Shown piece by piece: positions 40,697-51,974 of a DNA stretch of 64,000 nt. The notes beneath the pieces are model-generated. The model ran no database searches, was not told the origin of the DNA, and saw only the letters and a program-made list of their open reading frames with translations. Origin of the DNA: Candidatus Woesearchaeota archaeon (GTDB lineage: Archaea; Nanobdellota; Nanobdellia; Woesearchaeales; 21-14-0-10-32-9); contig JAIPET010000005.1 in assembly GCA_021736975.1 (NCBI GenBank), positions 4,920 through 68,919 of the forward strand, read 5' to 3'. Every line of letters begins with the position of its first letter. The first letter of the stretch is position 1. A program made the translations under genes and the position numbers.

Positions 40697-41770
40697 ATGA
40701 ATAGAAAAAAAGCATTAATAACAGGAATAACAGGACAAGATGGTTCTTATCTAGCAGAATTATTACTAGAAAAAGGATATGAAGTACATGGATTAATAAG
40801 AAGATCAAGTTCATTTAATACAGGAAGAATAGATCATTTATATCAAGATCAACATGAAACTAATGTTAACATATTTTTACATTATGGAGATTTAAGTGAC
40901 GCAACAAATCTAATTAGTCTTATAAAAAAAATAGAACCAGACGAAATATATAATTTAGGAGCGCAAAGTCATGTAAAAGTCTCTTTTGAAACTCCAGAAT
41001 TTACAGCAAATACAGATGCACTTGGAACATTAAGGCTTCTTGAAGCAATAAAATTACTAGGATTAGAGAAAAAAATAAAATTTTATCAAGCCTCAACAAG
41101 TGAATTATATGGAAAAGTGCAAGAAACACCACAAAAAGAAACAACACCATTTTATCCAAGAAGTCCTTATGGTGTTGCAAAATTATATTCTTTTTGGATA
41201 ACAAAAAATTATAGAGAAGCATATGGTATGTTTGCAGTAAATGGAATTTTATTTAATCATGAAAGTGAAAGAAGAGGAAAAACATTTGTAACAAGAAAAA
41301 TAACGATAGCTTTGTCAAAAATAAAATTAGGATTATTAGATAATGTATTTTTAGGAAACTTAGATTCAAAAAGAGACTGGGGATATGCAAAAGAATATGT
41401 GAAAGGAATGTGGATGATGTTACAAGCAGATAAACCACAAGATTATGTTATGGCAACAGGTGAATATCACTCTGTAAGAGAATTTATAGAAGAATGTTGC
41501 AAACATTTAGAAATAGATTTAGAATGGCAAGGAAAAGGTTTAGATGAAATAGGAATAAATAAAAAAACAGGAAAAACAATAATAAAAATAGATCCTAAAT
41601 ATTTTAGACCAGCAGAAGTAGATTTATTATTAGGAGATCCTACGAAAATAAAAGAAGAATTAGGTTGGGAAGCAAAAACAAAATTTTCAGATCTTGTAAA
41701 ATTAATGATAGATTATGATTATAATATGATAAAAAATAATGATGATCCAGAAGATAGGGATTTATTCTAA
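40697..41770 (+). CDS. gmd: GDP-mannose 4,6-dehydratase
   Basis: [29 protein letters not shown] and PRSPYGVAK motifs. Confidence 0.97.
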   Translation: MNRKKALITGITGQDGSYLAELLLEKGYEVHGLIRRSSSFNTGRIDHLYQDQHETNVNIFLHYGDLSDATNLISLIKKIEPDEIYNLGAQSHVKVSFETPEFTANTDALGTLRLLEAIKLLGLEKKIKFYQASTSELYGKVQETPQKETTPFYPRSPYGVAKLYSFWITKNYREAYGMFAVNGILFNHESERRGKTFVTRKITIALSKIKLGLLDNVFLGNLDSKRDWGYAKEYVKGMWMMLQADKPQDYVMATGEYHSVREFIEECCKHLEIDLEWQGKGLDEIGINKKTGKTIIKIDPKYFRPAEVDLLLGDPTKIKEELGWEAKTKFSDLVKLMIDYDYNMIKNNDDPEDRDLF

Positions 41771-42700
41771 GTGATTATATTGGAAAAAAACAGTAAAATA
41801 ACGGTATTTGGAGGAACAGGTTTACTTGGAAGTGCTATTGTAAAAAGATTAAAAGCAAAAGGATATCAAAACATAGATTCAATATCAAGTAAAGAAATAA
41901 ATTTACTAGAAAAAAAAGAAGTTGAAGAATACTTGAAAAATCAACAACCAGATCAATTATTTATGGTGGCTGGACACGTAGGAGGAATATACTCAAATAT
42001 GAAAAGAGGAGCAGATTTCTTATATAAAAACACAACTATGGCACTAAATGTGTTTGAATCAATAAAAAACTACTCTAAAAATACAAAAATACTATTCACA
42101 GGATCCACATGCATTTACCCAAAAGAAAATCCACAACCAATAAATGAAGATAGATTTTTAGCAGGAAAATTAGAAAAAACAAACATAGGCTACGCAATAG
42201 CAAAAATAACAGGAATAATAGCCTCAGAATTATATACAAAACAATACGGATTAAAAACCATTGCAGTTATGCCAACAAACTTATATGGTCCAAATGATAA
42301 TTACGACTTAGAAAATGGACACATGATACCTGGACTTATAAAAAAATTCTATGACGCAAAACAAAACAATAACACAATAACTCTATGGGGCAGTGGAAAA
42401 CCAAGAAGAGAAGCACTATTTTCAGAAGATTGTGCGGACGTATGCATATATTTAATGAAAAATTATGATGGCTCCGAAATAATAAATATAGGAACGGGAT
42501 TTGATTATTCAATAACTGAATTTGCAGATAAAATAAAAAAAGTTTTAGATTTTGAACCAAAAATAGAATGGGACACAAGTAAACCAGACGGAACTTTTGA
42601 AAAAAGAACAGATATAACAAGATTAAAGAAAATCATGCCAGAATATAAACCTCGATCCTTCGAAGAAGGATTAAAGATTGTATTAGAATATGATTTTTGA
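41771..42700 (+). CDS. fcl: GDP-L-fucose synthase
   Basis: VGGI..N, GSTCIYP, YAIAK, MPTNLYGPNDNY, WGSGKPRRE and KPDG motifs. Confidence 0.92.
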   Translation: MIILEKNSKITVFGGTGLLGSAIVKRLKAKGYQNIDSISSKEINLLEKKEVEEYLKNQQPDQLFMVAGHVGGIYSNMKRGADFLYKNTTMALNVFESIKNYSKNTKILFTGSTCIYPKENPQPINEDRFLAGKLEKTNIGYAIAKITGIIASELYTKQYGLKTIAVMPTNLYGPNDNYDLENGHMIPGLIKKFYDAKQNNNTITLWGSGKPRREALFSEDCADVCIYLMKNYDGSEIINIGTGFDYSITEFADKIKKVLDFEPKIEWDTSKPDGTFEKRTDITRLKKIMPEYKPRSFEEGLKIVLEYDF

Positions 42701-42739
42701 ATGAGTATATATTTTTAAGAATATTTAAAAGGTTTAACA

Positions 42740-44212
42740 ATGATTAAAATAAAAAAAATATTTAATGACTGGATGACAAAATTAGGAATTCCAACATCGG
42801 GATTCGGATTTGATTTTATAAAAAATACAGGATGGATATTTGGAGCAAAAATTTTAGAAAGTATAATTTCTTATATCATAATAGTATTAATCAGTAATAA
42901 TTTAGGCGCGGAAGGCTTAGGACAATATTCTTTTCTTTTTAGTTTTGTAGGTTTATTTTTTATATTTGCAGATATGGGATTATCCGAATTAATGGTAAAA
43001 AATTTATCGAAAAACTTTAACAAAGCAAAATTTTATGTGTCTAATATTTTTTCGCTAAAAATAATATTTTCGATAGCTTCTTTCATTGTTTACTTTATTG
43101 CTTTGTTTTTTATTAATAAAGATGCGTTATTTGTTGCTTTTATTTTTGTAGGTATTGTTCAAATTACAACTAATTTACAATATGTTTTTCTTTCAATTTT
43201 ACGAATTAAACAAAAAGGTAAGGCGATTGCTATAACGAATATAGTTGAAAGAGTTCTTGTTGTAATTGCAGCAATAATAATTTTACCAACAACAAAAGAT
43301 TTAACACTATTTATAGGATTTTTAATGGTTGCACAATTAATAAAATCAGTAATTATTTATTTATATAGTAAATCATTTTTTAAATTAAAATTGTCTTTTA
43401 ATTTATCTAGTTTTAAAGATTTTATTAAACAAGGATTTCCATTTCTTTTAATAGGTATTTTTAGTGCTGTTTATGTTCAATTAGATACTATTATGCTTTC
43501 ATTTATGAAGGGAGATGTTATTGTTGGTTTTTATCAAGCAGGATATAAATTAATTAATATGTTAAATTTAATACCGGGCATGTTGTTATTGTTTGGATTT
43601 CCTATGTTTTCAAGATTAATTCATAAAAATAAATCGTCTGCAAGAAAATTACTTGAAAAAATGTTACAAGGATTACTAATTTTAATAATTCCAGTTGTTG
43701 TTGCTGTTTTTTTAATTGGAAATAGACTTTTAGAATTTATTTACAATTTTAATTCTATAGAGAGTTTCATATCTTTTAAAATTTTAATTATTGCAGAAAT
43801 ATTTATAATTTTATCAATGATTTTAGGCAGTTTTATTTCTTCTAATAAACCAAAAGTTTTTGCAAAACTCGCTGCGTTTGGAGCAGGATTAAATATATTA
43901 TTGAATTTCTTACTAATACCAAAATATTCTCTTTATGGAGCGGGTATAGCGACACTCATAACATATTTGATGTTGTTTTTATTGATGTATTTTTATATTG
44001 AGAAAAAAATGTTATCATTTAATTTTTGGAAATATTGTGTGGTTCCAATCATTTCATCATTAGTAATGTTCTTTGTTTTGATGTTTAATTTGAATTTGAA
44101 TTTAATTTTTATTGTTATTCTTGGTGTTATATTATATTCTGTTTCTTTAGGAGTATCATATTTTGCTTTTAATTTATTTCGACGCGAGAAAAAGATTAAA
44201 AAGGTCCAGTAA
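42740..44212 (+). CDS. Polysaccharide flippase (Wzx/MOP family)
   Basis: About 14 TM segments; LGAEGLGQYS, DTIML..M...VGFY and LIPKYSLYGAGIAT motifs. Confidence 0.92.
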   Translation: MIKIKKIFNDWMTKLGIPTSGFGFDFIKNTGWIFGAKILESIISYIIIVLISNNLGAEGLGQYSFLFSFVGLFFIFADMGLSELMVKNLSKNFNKAKFYVSNIFSLKIIFSIASFIVYFIALFFINKDALFVAFIFVGIVQITTNLQYVFLSILRIKQKGKAIAITNIVERVLVVIAAIIILPTTKDLTLFIGFLMVAQLIKSVIIYLYSKSFFKLKLSFNLSSFKDFIKQGFPFLLIGIFSAVYVQLDTIMLSFMKGDVIVGFYQAGYKLINMLNLIPGMLLLFGFPMFSRLIHKNKSSARKLLEKMLQGLLILIIPVVVAVFLIGNRLLEFIYNFNSIESFISFKILIIAEIFIILSMILGSFISSNKPKVFAKLAAFGAGLNILLNFLLIPKYSLYGAGIATLITYLMLFLLMYFYIEKKMLSFNFWKYCVVPIISSLVMFFVLMFNLNLNLIFIVILGVILYSVSLGVSYFAFNLFRREKKIKKVQ

Positions 44213-46232
44213 ATGATTTGTCCGGAATATCATGATGTTCATTTTCTTCCACATCTATTTTTTTATTAATATTCATTAAAACATAACAAGCATTGACAAT
44301 GTTGTTTTTATTTGGATAATAATATTTAGTAAGTCCTTTACTTGTTGGTGTTGGAATATCAGGTAAAGTGATTCTAATAGGTGCAGTCTTTAAATAAGAA
44401 AACATTTTTTCTGTAACTCTTGAAATTATTTCTCCAGCAAAACCTCCAGAATAATGTCCACTATCTAAAACAAGAAGTCTTCCAGTTTTTTTAACAGAAT
44501 CTAAGATTGTGTCTTCATCTAATGGTTTTAAAGTAATAACATTTATGTGTTCGATGTCAAATTCATTTTTTAAGCTGGATGTTGCTTTCATAGCTTCTAA
44601 GGTCATAATCGAAGTAGAAACGACAGTTATATCTTTGCCTTTTTTAATAATTTTACATTTTCCAATGTCTGTTTTGTAAATATTTTCAGGAACATAATCA
44701 ATTAAATTGTGAAGCCATCTGTGTTCAATATAAATAATACAATTATTATCTAATACACTAGAAATTAACAAACCTTTTGCATCGTTGGCATTTGTAGGCA
44801 TAACAACTTTTAAACCAGGTATGTGTGAAAATAAAGCTTGTAAATTTTGAGAATGCTGAGCACCCTGTCCCCAACCACGTCCAATAATCATTCTGATTGT
44901 CAAAGGAACTTTTAATTTGCCTTCGAACATATAACTAAATTTTGCTGCATTATTTATTATTTGATCTAATGAAAGCAAAGAAAAATCAAGTCTTTGATGA
45001 GTTAAAATGGGTCTTAAACCTAATAATGCTGCACCTATACACATACCAGTCAAACCGTTTTCAGATACAGGCATGTCTAAAACTCTATCTGCACCAAATT
45101 TTTTTCTCAAATTAGTTGTAGTTCCAAATATGCCTTTAGGATCTGGAACTCCTTCTCCAATAATAAAAACATTTTCATCAAAATCCATTATTTGTTCTGT
45201 AGCTTCTCTAATTGCTTCAGCATATTTTATGGTTCTATCTGTTTTTTTAGGATTTTCAAAATTGATATTTGAATCAGAATAAACATGTTTATTCAATTCC
45301 TCTTTTTTAGGAAATGAATCTTTTTTTGCTTTTTCAATAGATTTTTCAATAAGAAATTCACATTTTTTTTCATATTCTTCAATTTCTTTTTCAGATATTA
45401 AATTATCATTTAAACATCTATTTTTAATTAATTTCAAACCATCTTTTTTTTGCCATTCAGAAATTTCAGAATTTAATCTATAATTTAAGTGATCGTCAGG
45501 ACTAGGACCGCAATGTTCAACAAATCTATATGTTTTAACTTCCAAAAATCCTGGACCTAAACCTTTTTTTATGTGGGCAGTTAATTCTTTAGTTGCTAAA
45601 TATATATCATATGGGTCGTTAGATTCTACAGTAATGACTTTAAGACCGTGCGCTTTAGCAATTGAAGAAATTTCTCTTTTTGGTTGTCTTTCATTAATAG
45701 GAGTGTAAACTGAATAAAAATTATTTTCACAAATAAATAAAACTGGAAGTTTTTTTAAAGATGCAAAATTAATACTTTCGTGAAAGACACCTTCTTCTGT
45801 TGAGCCATCACCAAAAAAAACAGTGGATATTCTATTTTCTTTTTTGTAGTTTATACTAAATGCGGCGCCAGTAGCTAAAGGAATAACGCCGCCCACAATA
45901 GGTGTTGATGCGTAAAAATTAACATCTAAATCTATTAAATGCATAGAACCTCCACGACCACCACTACAACCTGTTTTTTTACCATAAATTTCAGAAAAAA
46001 ATTTATCTAAATTACCTCCTTTGGCGATGTAAGGTCCGTGTGATCTGTGTCCTGAAAAAACAATATCTTCAGTATTTAAAGCTTCACAAACACCTACTGC
46101 TGTTCCTTCTTGTCCAATTGTTAAATGAACAGGACAACGCATTTCTTGTTCAGAATATTTTTCTTGAATTTTTTCTTCAACTTTTCTTAAGAAAATGAAT
46201 TTTTTCAATAAGTTTTGAACATTATTTGTCAT
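44196..46232 (-). CDS. Fused 2-oxoacid dehydrogenase E1 alpha+beta-like ThDP enzyme
   Basis: HLTIGQE, HRSH, GDG...ENN ThDP motif, then DMPVSE, GAQHSQ and the transketolase-C domain. Confidence 0.9.
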   Translation of the reverse strand: MTNNVQNLLKKFIFLRKVEEKIQEKYSEQEMRCPVHLTIGQEGTAVGVCEALNTEDIVFSGHRSHGPYIAKGGNLDKFFSEIYGKKTGCSGGRGGSMHLIDLDVNFYASTPIVGGVIPLATGAAFSINYKKENRISTVFFGDGSTEEGVFHESINFASLKKLPVLFICENNFYSVYTPINERQPKREISSIAKAHGLKVITVESNDPYDIYLATKELTAHIKKGLGPGFLEVKTYRFVEHCGPSPDDHLNYRLNSEISEWQKKDGLKLIKNRCLNDNLISEKEIEEYEKKCEFLIEKSIEKAKKDSFPKKEELNKHVYSDSNINFENPKKTDRTIKYAEAIREATEQIMDFDENVFIIGEGVPDPKGIFGTTTNLRKKFGADRVLDMPVSENGLTGMCIGAALLGLRPILTHQRLDFSLLSLDQIINNAAKFSYMFEGKLKVPLTIRMIIGRGWGQGAQHSQNLQALFSHIPGLKVVMPTNANDAKGLLISSVLDNNCIIYIEHRWLHNLIDYVPENIYKTDIGKCKIIKKGKDITVVSTSIMTLEAMKATSSLKNEFDIEHINVITLKPLDEDTILDSVKKTGRLLVLDSGHYSGGFAGEIISRVTEKMFSYLKTAPIRITLPDIPTPTSKGLTKYYYPNKNNIVNACYVLMNINKKIDVEENEHHDIPDKSFTGPF

Positions 46233-46284
46233 ATGAACATTGATGGATGAAAACATTTAAAAATATTGTCATATTCTACGAATT

Positions 46285-47274
46285 GTGAGATTTGAAAAAA
46301 TATTTATTACTGGAGGGGCGGGTTATGTAGGAAGTTTACTTGTTCCTTCGTTGCTTAAAAAAGGATATTCTGTAGTTGTATATGATTTATACATTTATGA
46401 GTATAAATTCGATGAACACCCAAATTTAACTCAAATTAAAGGAGATATAAGAAATAGAGAAAAAATGATTGAAGCATCAAAGAATTGTGATGCATTTATA
46501 CACTTAGCTTGCATTTCTAACGATCCAAGTTTCGATTTAAACCCTGATTTAGGAAAATCAATAAATTTTGATGCTTTTCAAATTGTTATAGATGCTTGTA
46601 AATTAAATAATATAAAAAGATTAGTTGTTGCTAGTTCTACAAGTCAATATGGTATAAAACCTCTGAATGTTGATGTTACAGAAGATATAGAAGCAGAACC
46701 AATAACAGATTATGCTAAATATAAGATAGAATGCGAAAAACTGCTAAATCAAACAGATGTTCAGGATATGGAATACGTGTTTGTTAGACCTGCTACACTA
46801 TGCGGATATGCTCCTCGTCTAAGATTAGATTTATCGGTTAATATATTGACAATAAATGCTCTAGTAAATAAAAAAATAAAAATATTTGGCGGAGATCAAA
46901 TGAGACCTGCTTTAAATATAAAAGACATGGTAAGATTTTATGAATTAATGCTAGAAATTGAAGGAGAAAAAATTCACAAACAAGCATTCAATGTTTCTTA
47001 TGCAAATAAAACAATAAAAGAAATAGCTCAAGAAGTAAAAGATACATTAAATGATAAAGAAGTTGTTTTTGAAGTACTTCCATCATCAGATAAAAGATCA
47101 TATCATGTTAATACAAATAAAATGAAATTGATGTTGAATTTTGAATGTAAATATGATTTTATAGATGCAATACTTTCAATAAAAGAAGCATACGAAAAAG
47201 GTTTAATAGTAAATGGTTTAGAAAATTCGTTTTATCATAATATAAAAAGAATGAAAGAAGTTGATTTAAAATGA
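46285..47274 (+). CDS. NAD-dependent nucleotide-sugar epimerase/dehydratase (extended SDR)
   Basis: TGGAGYVG, ISNDPS and YAKYK motifs. Confidence 0.88.
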   Translation: MRFEKIFITGGAGYVGSLLVPSLLKKGYSVVVYDLYIYEYKFDEHPNLTQIKGDIRNREKMIEASKNCDAFIHLACISNDPSFDLNPDLGKSINFDAFQIVIDACKLNNIKRLVVASSTSQYGIKPLNVDVTEDIEAEPITDYAKYKIECEKLLNQTDVQDMEYVFVRPATLCGYAPRLRLDLSVNILTINALVNKKIKIFGGDQMRPALNIKDMVRFYELMLEIEGEKIHKQAFNVSYANKTIKEIAQEVKDTLNDKEVVFEVLPSSDKRSYHVNTNKMKLMLNFECKYDFIDAILSIKEAYEKGLIVNGLENSFYHNIKRMKEVDLK

Positions 47275-48260
47275 GCAAAGTTGTTGTTATTGGAAGTAAT
47301 TCTTTTTCTGGAAGTAACTTTATTTCCCATTTAATAAAAAATTCAAAATATGATATTGTTGGAATAAGTAGATCTGCTGAAAAATCAGATGTTTTTCTTA
47401 CATATAAAAAACAACCTTTAGAAAGATTTACATTTCACCAATTAGACTTAAATAAAGACATAAAAAAAATATTAGACTTATTAGATGAATTACAACCAGA
47501 ATATATTGTAAATTTTGCTTCTCAAAGCATGGTTGGACAAAGTTGGGATCATCCTGATCATTGGTATAAAACTAATGTGTTATCCATAGTACATTTAGTT
47601 AATGCACTAAAAGAAAAAAAATATTTAAAGAAATATGTTCATGTTTCAACACCAGAAGTATATGGTAGTTGTTCAGGTTCTGTTAATGAATCACATCCTC
47701 ACAATCCAAGTACACCATATGCGGGTTCTCGAGCTGCTGCTGATGATTTTATTCAAATGCTTATAAAACAATTTAATTTTCCCGCAGTGTTTACAAGAGC
47801 TGCTAATGTTTATGGTCCAGGGCAACAATTATTTAAGATAATTCCTAGATCAATAATTTACATGAAATTAGGGAAAAAAATTCCTTTACATGGTGGTGGA
47901 TTTGCAAGAAGATCATTTATTCATATTGATGATGTGGCTGTTGCTACAAAAAAAATTATGGAGTGTGCAAAACCAGGCGAAATTTATCATTTATCCACGC
48001 CACAACTTATATCTATTAAGGATATTGTTGGTTTAATTGCAAAACATCTAAATTTGAAATTTTCTGAAGTTGTTGAAGACGTCGAAACAAGGAGAGGACT
48101 TGATGATGCGTATATTCTTGATTCATCTAAAGCGAAAAAAGAGTTTGATTGGGAAGCAAAAGTTTCACTTGAAGAAGGTTTAAGTGATGTAATTAAATGG
48201 GTTGAAGACTATTGGGACATTATTTCTAAAGAACAATTAGAATATGTTCACGAGGAATAA
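47271..48260 (+). CDS. NDP-sugar 4,6-dehydratase-like extended SDR
   Basis: GSNSFSG variant Rossmann motif, STPEVYG, PYAGSR and NVYGPGQ. Confidence 0.85.
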   Translation: MSKVVVIGSNSFSGSNFISHLIKNSKYDIVGISRSAEKSDVFLTYKKQPLERFTFHQLDLNKDIKKILDLLDELQPEYIVNFASQSMVGQSWDHPDHWYKTNVLSIVHLVNALKEKKYLKKYVHVSTPEVYGSCSGSVNESHPHNPSTPYAGSRAAADDFIQMLIKQFNFPAVFTRAANVYGPGQQLFKIIPRSIIYMKLGKKIPLHGGGFARRSFIHIDDVAVATKKIMECAKPGEIYHLSTPQLISIKDIVGLIAKHLNLKFSEVVEDVETRRGLDDAYILDSSKAKKEFDWEAKVSLEEGLSDVIKWVEDYWDIISKEQLEYVHEE

Positions 48261-48263
48261 AAA

Positions 48264-49454
48264 ATGAATGATATTAAATATACTGTGCGAGTTGCTTGCG
48301 GTGTTTGTGAAATGCCTTTTTCTAAACCAGTTATGTATCTTCCAAAATTTCCTTTAACAGAACTATTTGTTAATGAAAAACCTGAAAAGTTATCAGGTTA
48401 TCTCGATCAAGAATTTCATATTTGTTCTAATTGCGGTCATGGTCAATTATCAAATGTAATTGCTCCTGAACAATTATATTCTCCTTCTGCATATTTTTTT
48501 AGAACATCTACCAGTACTTCTGCTTCAAAATGTAATGATTTTTTTTTATCATTTATTAAAAAAGTTGTTGATAATAAAAAGTTTATTTCTGCAGTCGAAA
48601 TTGGATGTAGTGATCTTTATTTGCTCAAACAATTATCTTTTTGTACTCAAAAATTTATAGGAATAGATCCTATATTAAAAGGTAAAGAAAAAGAATTTTC
48701 TGAAGAAAATGTTTTTGTATATGGTGATTTATATGAACATATTGCAGAAGATATTTCATTAAAAGATTCTTTAGTTATTAGTAGTCATACTGTTGAGCAT
48801 ATTGAAAATCCTAAAAAAATGTTTAAGAAAATGATTGAGAAATCATCTGATGAAACCGTTTTTATTCATCAATTTCCAAGTCTCGAATATTTAATAGATG
48901 ATGCTCGTTTTGATCAAGTATTTCATCAACATTTAAACTATTTTTCTCTTAATTCTGTAAAATATATGCTTAATGAAATAGGTGCCGAGCTTGTTGATTA
49001 CACTTTTAATCCTAGACACTGGGGCTCATTACTTATTGCTTTTAAAAAATCAAAAAAGCAAAATATTTTGTCAAAAACAGATTTAATAAATTATGGTTTA
49101 ATCAGAGCTAAAAAAGAACATGCTCATTTTTGCAATATTATGAATTTTACAAAAGATCAACTTGAGCAAATAAAAAGTCCTGTATATATTTTTGGTGCAG
49201 CACTAATGTTACCTATATTGAGTTATTATCTTAAAAATGATTTTTCCTTAATAATTGCTATTGTTGATGATGATTCAAGTAAAAAAGGAAGATATTATAT
49301 TAATTTAAAAACACAAATTATTAATACAAGTGATATTTCTTCATTTGAGGACGCAGTGATACTTTTAGGCATTTTAAATCATTCAAGAAGAGTGATGAAA
49401 AGAATTATTGAATTAAATCCTAAAAAAATAATTATACCAATACAAACGATGTGA
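48264..49454 (+). CDS. NDP-sugar C-methyltransferase-like protein
   Basis: N-terminal CxxC...CxxCGH Zn site, EIGCSD, HTVEH, FDQVFHQHLNYFS and C-terminal FGAA domain. Confidence 0.78.
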   Translation: MNDIKYTVRVACGVCEMPFSKPVMYLPKFPLTELFVNEKPEKLSGYLDQEFHICSNCGHGQLSNVIAPEQLYSPSAYFFRTSTSTSASKCNDFFLSFIKKVVDNKKFISAVEIGCSDLYLLKQLSFCTQKFIGIDPILKGKEKEFSEENVFVYGDLYEHIAEDISLKDSLVISSHTVEHIENPKKMFKKMIEKSSDETVFIHQFPSLEYLIDDARFDQVFHQHLNYFSLNSVKYMLNEIGAELVDYTFNPRHWGSLLIAFKKSKKQNILSKTDLINYGLIRAKKEHAHFCNIMNFTKDQLEQIKSPVYIFGAALMLPILSYYLKNDFSLIIAIVDDDSSKKGRYYINLKTQIINTSDISSFEDAVILLGILNHSRRVMKRIIELNPKKIIIPIQTM

Positions 49455-49458
49455 TGAT

Positions 49459-50238
49459 ATGAATTTAGAACTTAAAGGGAAAAAAGCTTTAATAACTGGT
49501 GCTGGAAGAGGTCTTGGTGCATCAATAGCAATAAATCTCGCAAAAGAAGGAGTTCAAGTTGCAATTATTTCTCGTTCAAAAAGTGATTTAAATCTTCTTA
49601 TTAAAAAAATGGATGGCGAAGGTCATTATGCTTTTGAATGCGATCTTTTAGAAGAAAATTCTGCTAAAACAGTTGTTGAGGACATTCAAAAAAACTTTGG
49701 AAATGTTGAAATTCTTATCAATAATGTTGGTGGAACATTAAATATAAAAGATCCTTTTTGTTCTATTGAAGATTGGAGAAAAGTATGGAAACTTAATATG
49801 GAAACAACTATTGAATTTACTAATTTACTTTCTCCTCATATGATAAATCAATCTTGGGGAAGAATTGTGAATATATCTTCAATTTCATCATTAGAAAATC
49901 AAGGTCCTGTAACTTATTGTTCTGTTAAAGCAGCTCTTACTGCATATACTAGAAGTATGGGTCGTGTTCTCTCAGCAAAAGGAGTTGTTATGACATCTGT
50001 GTTACCTGGTGCGGTATTTACAGAAGGAGGATATTGGGATATTACTTCAAAAAAAGATCCAGAACATGTAAAAAAATATCTTTCTGAACGAATGTCAATA
50101 GGACGATTTGGAAAAGTGGATGAAATAGGATCTGTTGTTACTTTTCTTTGTTCGAATCAAGCTTCTTTTTTTGTAGGATCAGCAATTCTTGTAGATGGTG
50201 GACAAGGAAAATGTTTTAATGACGGAACGAGGAATTAA
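49459..50238 (+). CDS. Classical SDR oxidoreductase
   Basis: TGAGRGLG, NNVG and YCSVK motifs. Confidence 0.9.
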   Translation: MNLELKGKKALITGAGRGLGASIAINLAKEGVQVAIISRSKSDLNLLIKKMDGEGHYAFECDLLEENSAKTVVEDIQKNFGNVEILINNVGGTLNIKDPFCSIEDWRKVWKLNMETTIEFTNLLSPHMINQSWGRIVNISSISSLENQGPVTYCSVKAALTAYTRSMGRVLSAKGVVMTSVLPGAVFTEGGYWDITSKKDPEHVKKYLSERMSIGRFGKVDEIGSVVTFLCSNQASFFVGSAILVDGGQGKCFNDGTRN

Positions 50239-50240
50239 CT

Positions 50241-51020
50241 ATGAAAACAAATGGAGATTTAAGATATGCTATTGCAAATACTGTGTATTCTGCTGGCGAA
50301 GGACATATTCCGAGTGCTTATTCTATTATAGATATTATTAATGTAATTTATGGTAAATTTTTAAATATTAATAAAAATGACGTTACTAATAAAGATAGAG
50401 ATTATTTTATTCTTAGTAAAGGTCATGGTGCTGTAGCATATTATGTTGTTCTTGAAAAATATGGATTTATTACAAAAGAAGATTTAATGACTAAAAGCAA
50501 AGAAAATGCTATTTTAGGCGGTCATCCTGATTGCACAAAAGTTCCTGGGGTGGAGGCATCAACAGGATCTTTAGGTCATGGTGCAGTTACAGCATTAGGG
50601 ATTGCATTGGGATTAAAAATTAAACAACAAAAAAATAAGGTTATAACCATTATAGGTGATGGAGAAAGCAATGAAGGTTCAATTTGGGAATCTGCTCTTG
50701 TAGCTGCAAATCTTAAATTGGGAAACTTATGTTATGTTATTGATAATAATAAATCTACAGAACAAATTCTTCCAATGACAGATATGGCTAAAAAATGGGA
50801 ATCTTTTGGTTGGGAAGTTTACGAAATAGATGGTCATGATGAAGAAGAAATTTTAAAAACATTTCAAAAAATTGATTTTTCTTATGTTGGAAAACCTAAA
50901 CTCATAATTGCAAATACAATAAAAGGAAAAGGTGTTAGTTTTATTGAAGGTCATGGACCTTGGCACCATAAAGTTCCTTCTGATGAAGAACTTCAAGCAA
51001 TAAAAGAGGAGTTGTTATAA
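50241..51020 (+). CDS. Transketolase N-terminal (ThDP-binding) subunit
   Basis: GHIPS, LSKGH, STGSLGHG, GDGE..EG..WE and TIKGKG..WHH motifs. Confidence 0.92.
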   Translation: MKTNGDLRYAIANTVYSAGEGHIPSAYSIIDIINVIYGKFLNINKNDVTNKDRDYFILSKGHGAVAYYVVLEKYGFITKEDLMTKSKENAILGGHPDCTKVPGVEASTGSLGHGAVTALGIALGLKIKQQKNKVITIIGDGESNEGSIWESALVAANLKLGNLCYVIDNNKSTEQILPMTDMAKKWESFGWEVYEIDGHDEEEILKTFQKIDFSYVGKPKLIIANTIKGKGVSFIEGHGPWHHKVPSDEELQAIKEELL

Positions 51021-51973
51021 TGAGTGAAAATATTTTTAATCAAACAAGTAAAAATCTTAAGAAAAAAATGAGACAAGAGTTTGCAGATACAATGTTGGAA
51101 GTTGGAATGAAAGATGAAAATCTTGTTGTTCTAATAGGAGACATAAGTCATTTTGTTCTACAACCTTTTGCAAAAGCATGTCCGAATAGATTTTATAATA
51201 TTGGTATTTGTGAACAAACTATTACAAATATGGCTGCAGGTCTTTCTAAAGTGGGATTTTATCCAGTAATACACACTATTAATCCATTTATTGTTGAAAG
51301 ATCTTTTGAACAACTTAAATTAGATTTTGGTTATCAAAAATTAGGAATTAATATTATTACTGTAGGTAGTGCATTTGATTATGGCGCTTTAGGATCTACA
51401 CATCATTGTTATGGAGATTTTGCTCTTCTAAAAACAATAGAGAATATGCAAATTATTTATCCTGCATCTTGCGAAGAGTTTAATACTTTGTTCAAGCAAA
51501 CATATGCAAATGGATTTCCAACTTTTTTTAGAATTCCTGAAGCTCAACATCAAATGGATTTGGGAAATATTACTTTCGGAAAAGGAGTTTTAGTTAGAGA
51601 AGGAAAAAATGTAACTATTATTGCAATAGGTCCTCAACTTAAAACAGCTATTGAAGCTGCAAATATGCTTGCAAAAGACAATATTTCTGCAGAGATTATT
51701 TATTTACATACTATCAGACCTTTTGATAAAGAATTAGTAAATAAAAGCATCAACAAGACAAAAAAATGTATTGTTATTGAAGAACATGGTAAATATGGTG
51801 GTGTTTTTGACGATGTATTAAGAGAGTCAAAAGATATTATGAATGTAAAATATAGATCTATTAACATAGGAGATAAATTTATTCACAAGTATGGCACTTA
51901 CAAACAACATTGTGAACGACTTGGTTTTACGCCAGAAAATATTTGTGATAAAATTAAAAAGGAGTTGCTTTGA
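51020..51973 (+). CDS. Transketolase C-terminal subunit
   Basis: NIGICEQ, ERSFEQLKLD, GSTHH and EEH motifs. Confidence 0.92.
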   Translation: MSENIFNQTSKNLKKKMRQEFADTMLEVGMKDENLVVLIGDISHFVLQPFAKACPNRFYNIGICEQTITNMAAGLSKVGFYPVIHTINPFIVERSFEQLKLDFGYQKLGINIITVGSAFDYGALGSTHHCYGDFALLKTIENMQIIYPASCEEFNTLFKQTYANGFPTFFRIPEAQHQMDLGNITFGKGVLVREGKNVTIIAIGPQLKTAIEAANMLAKDNISAEIIYLHTIRPFDKELVNKSINKTKKCIVIEEHGKYGGVFDDVLRESKDIMNVKYRSINIGDKFIHKYGTYKQHCERLGFTPENICDKIKKELL

Positions 51974-51974
51974 A

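Noticed and set aside
44196-46232. Central-metabolism pyruvate dehydrogenase operon
   Set aside because: No E2/E3 or lipoylation genes are adjacent, and the gene is embedded in a glycan cluster; a metabolic role cannot be fully excluded.
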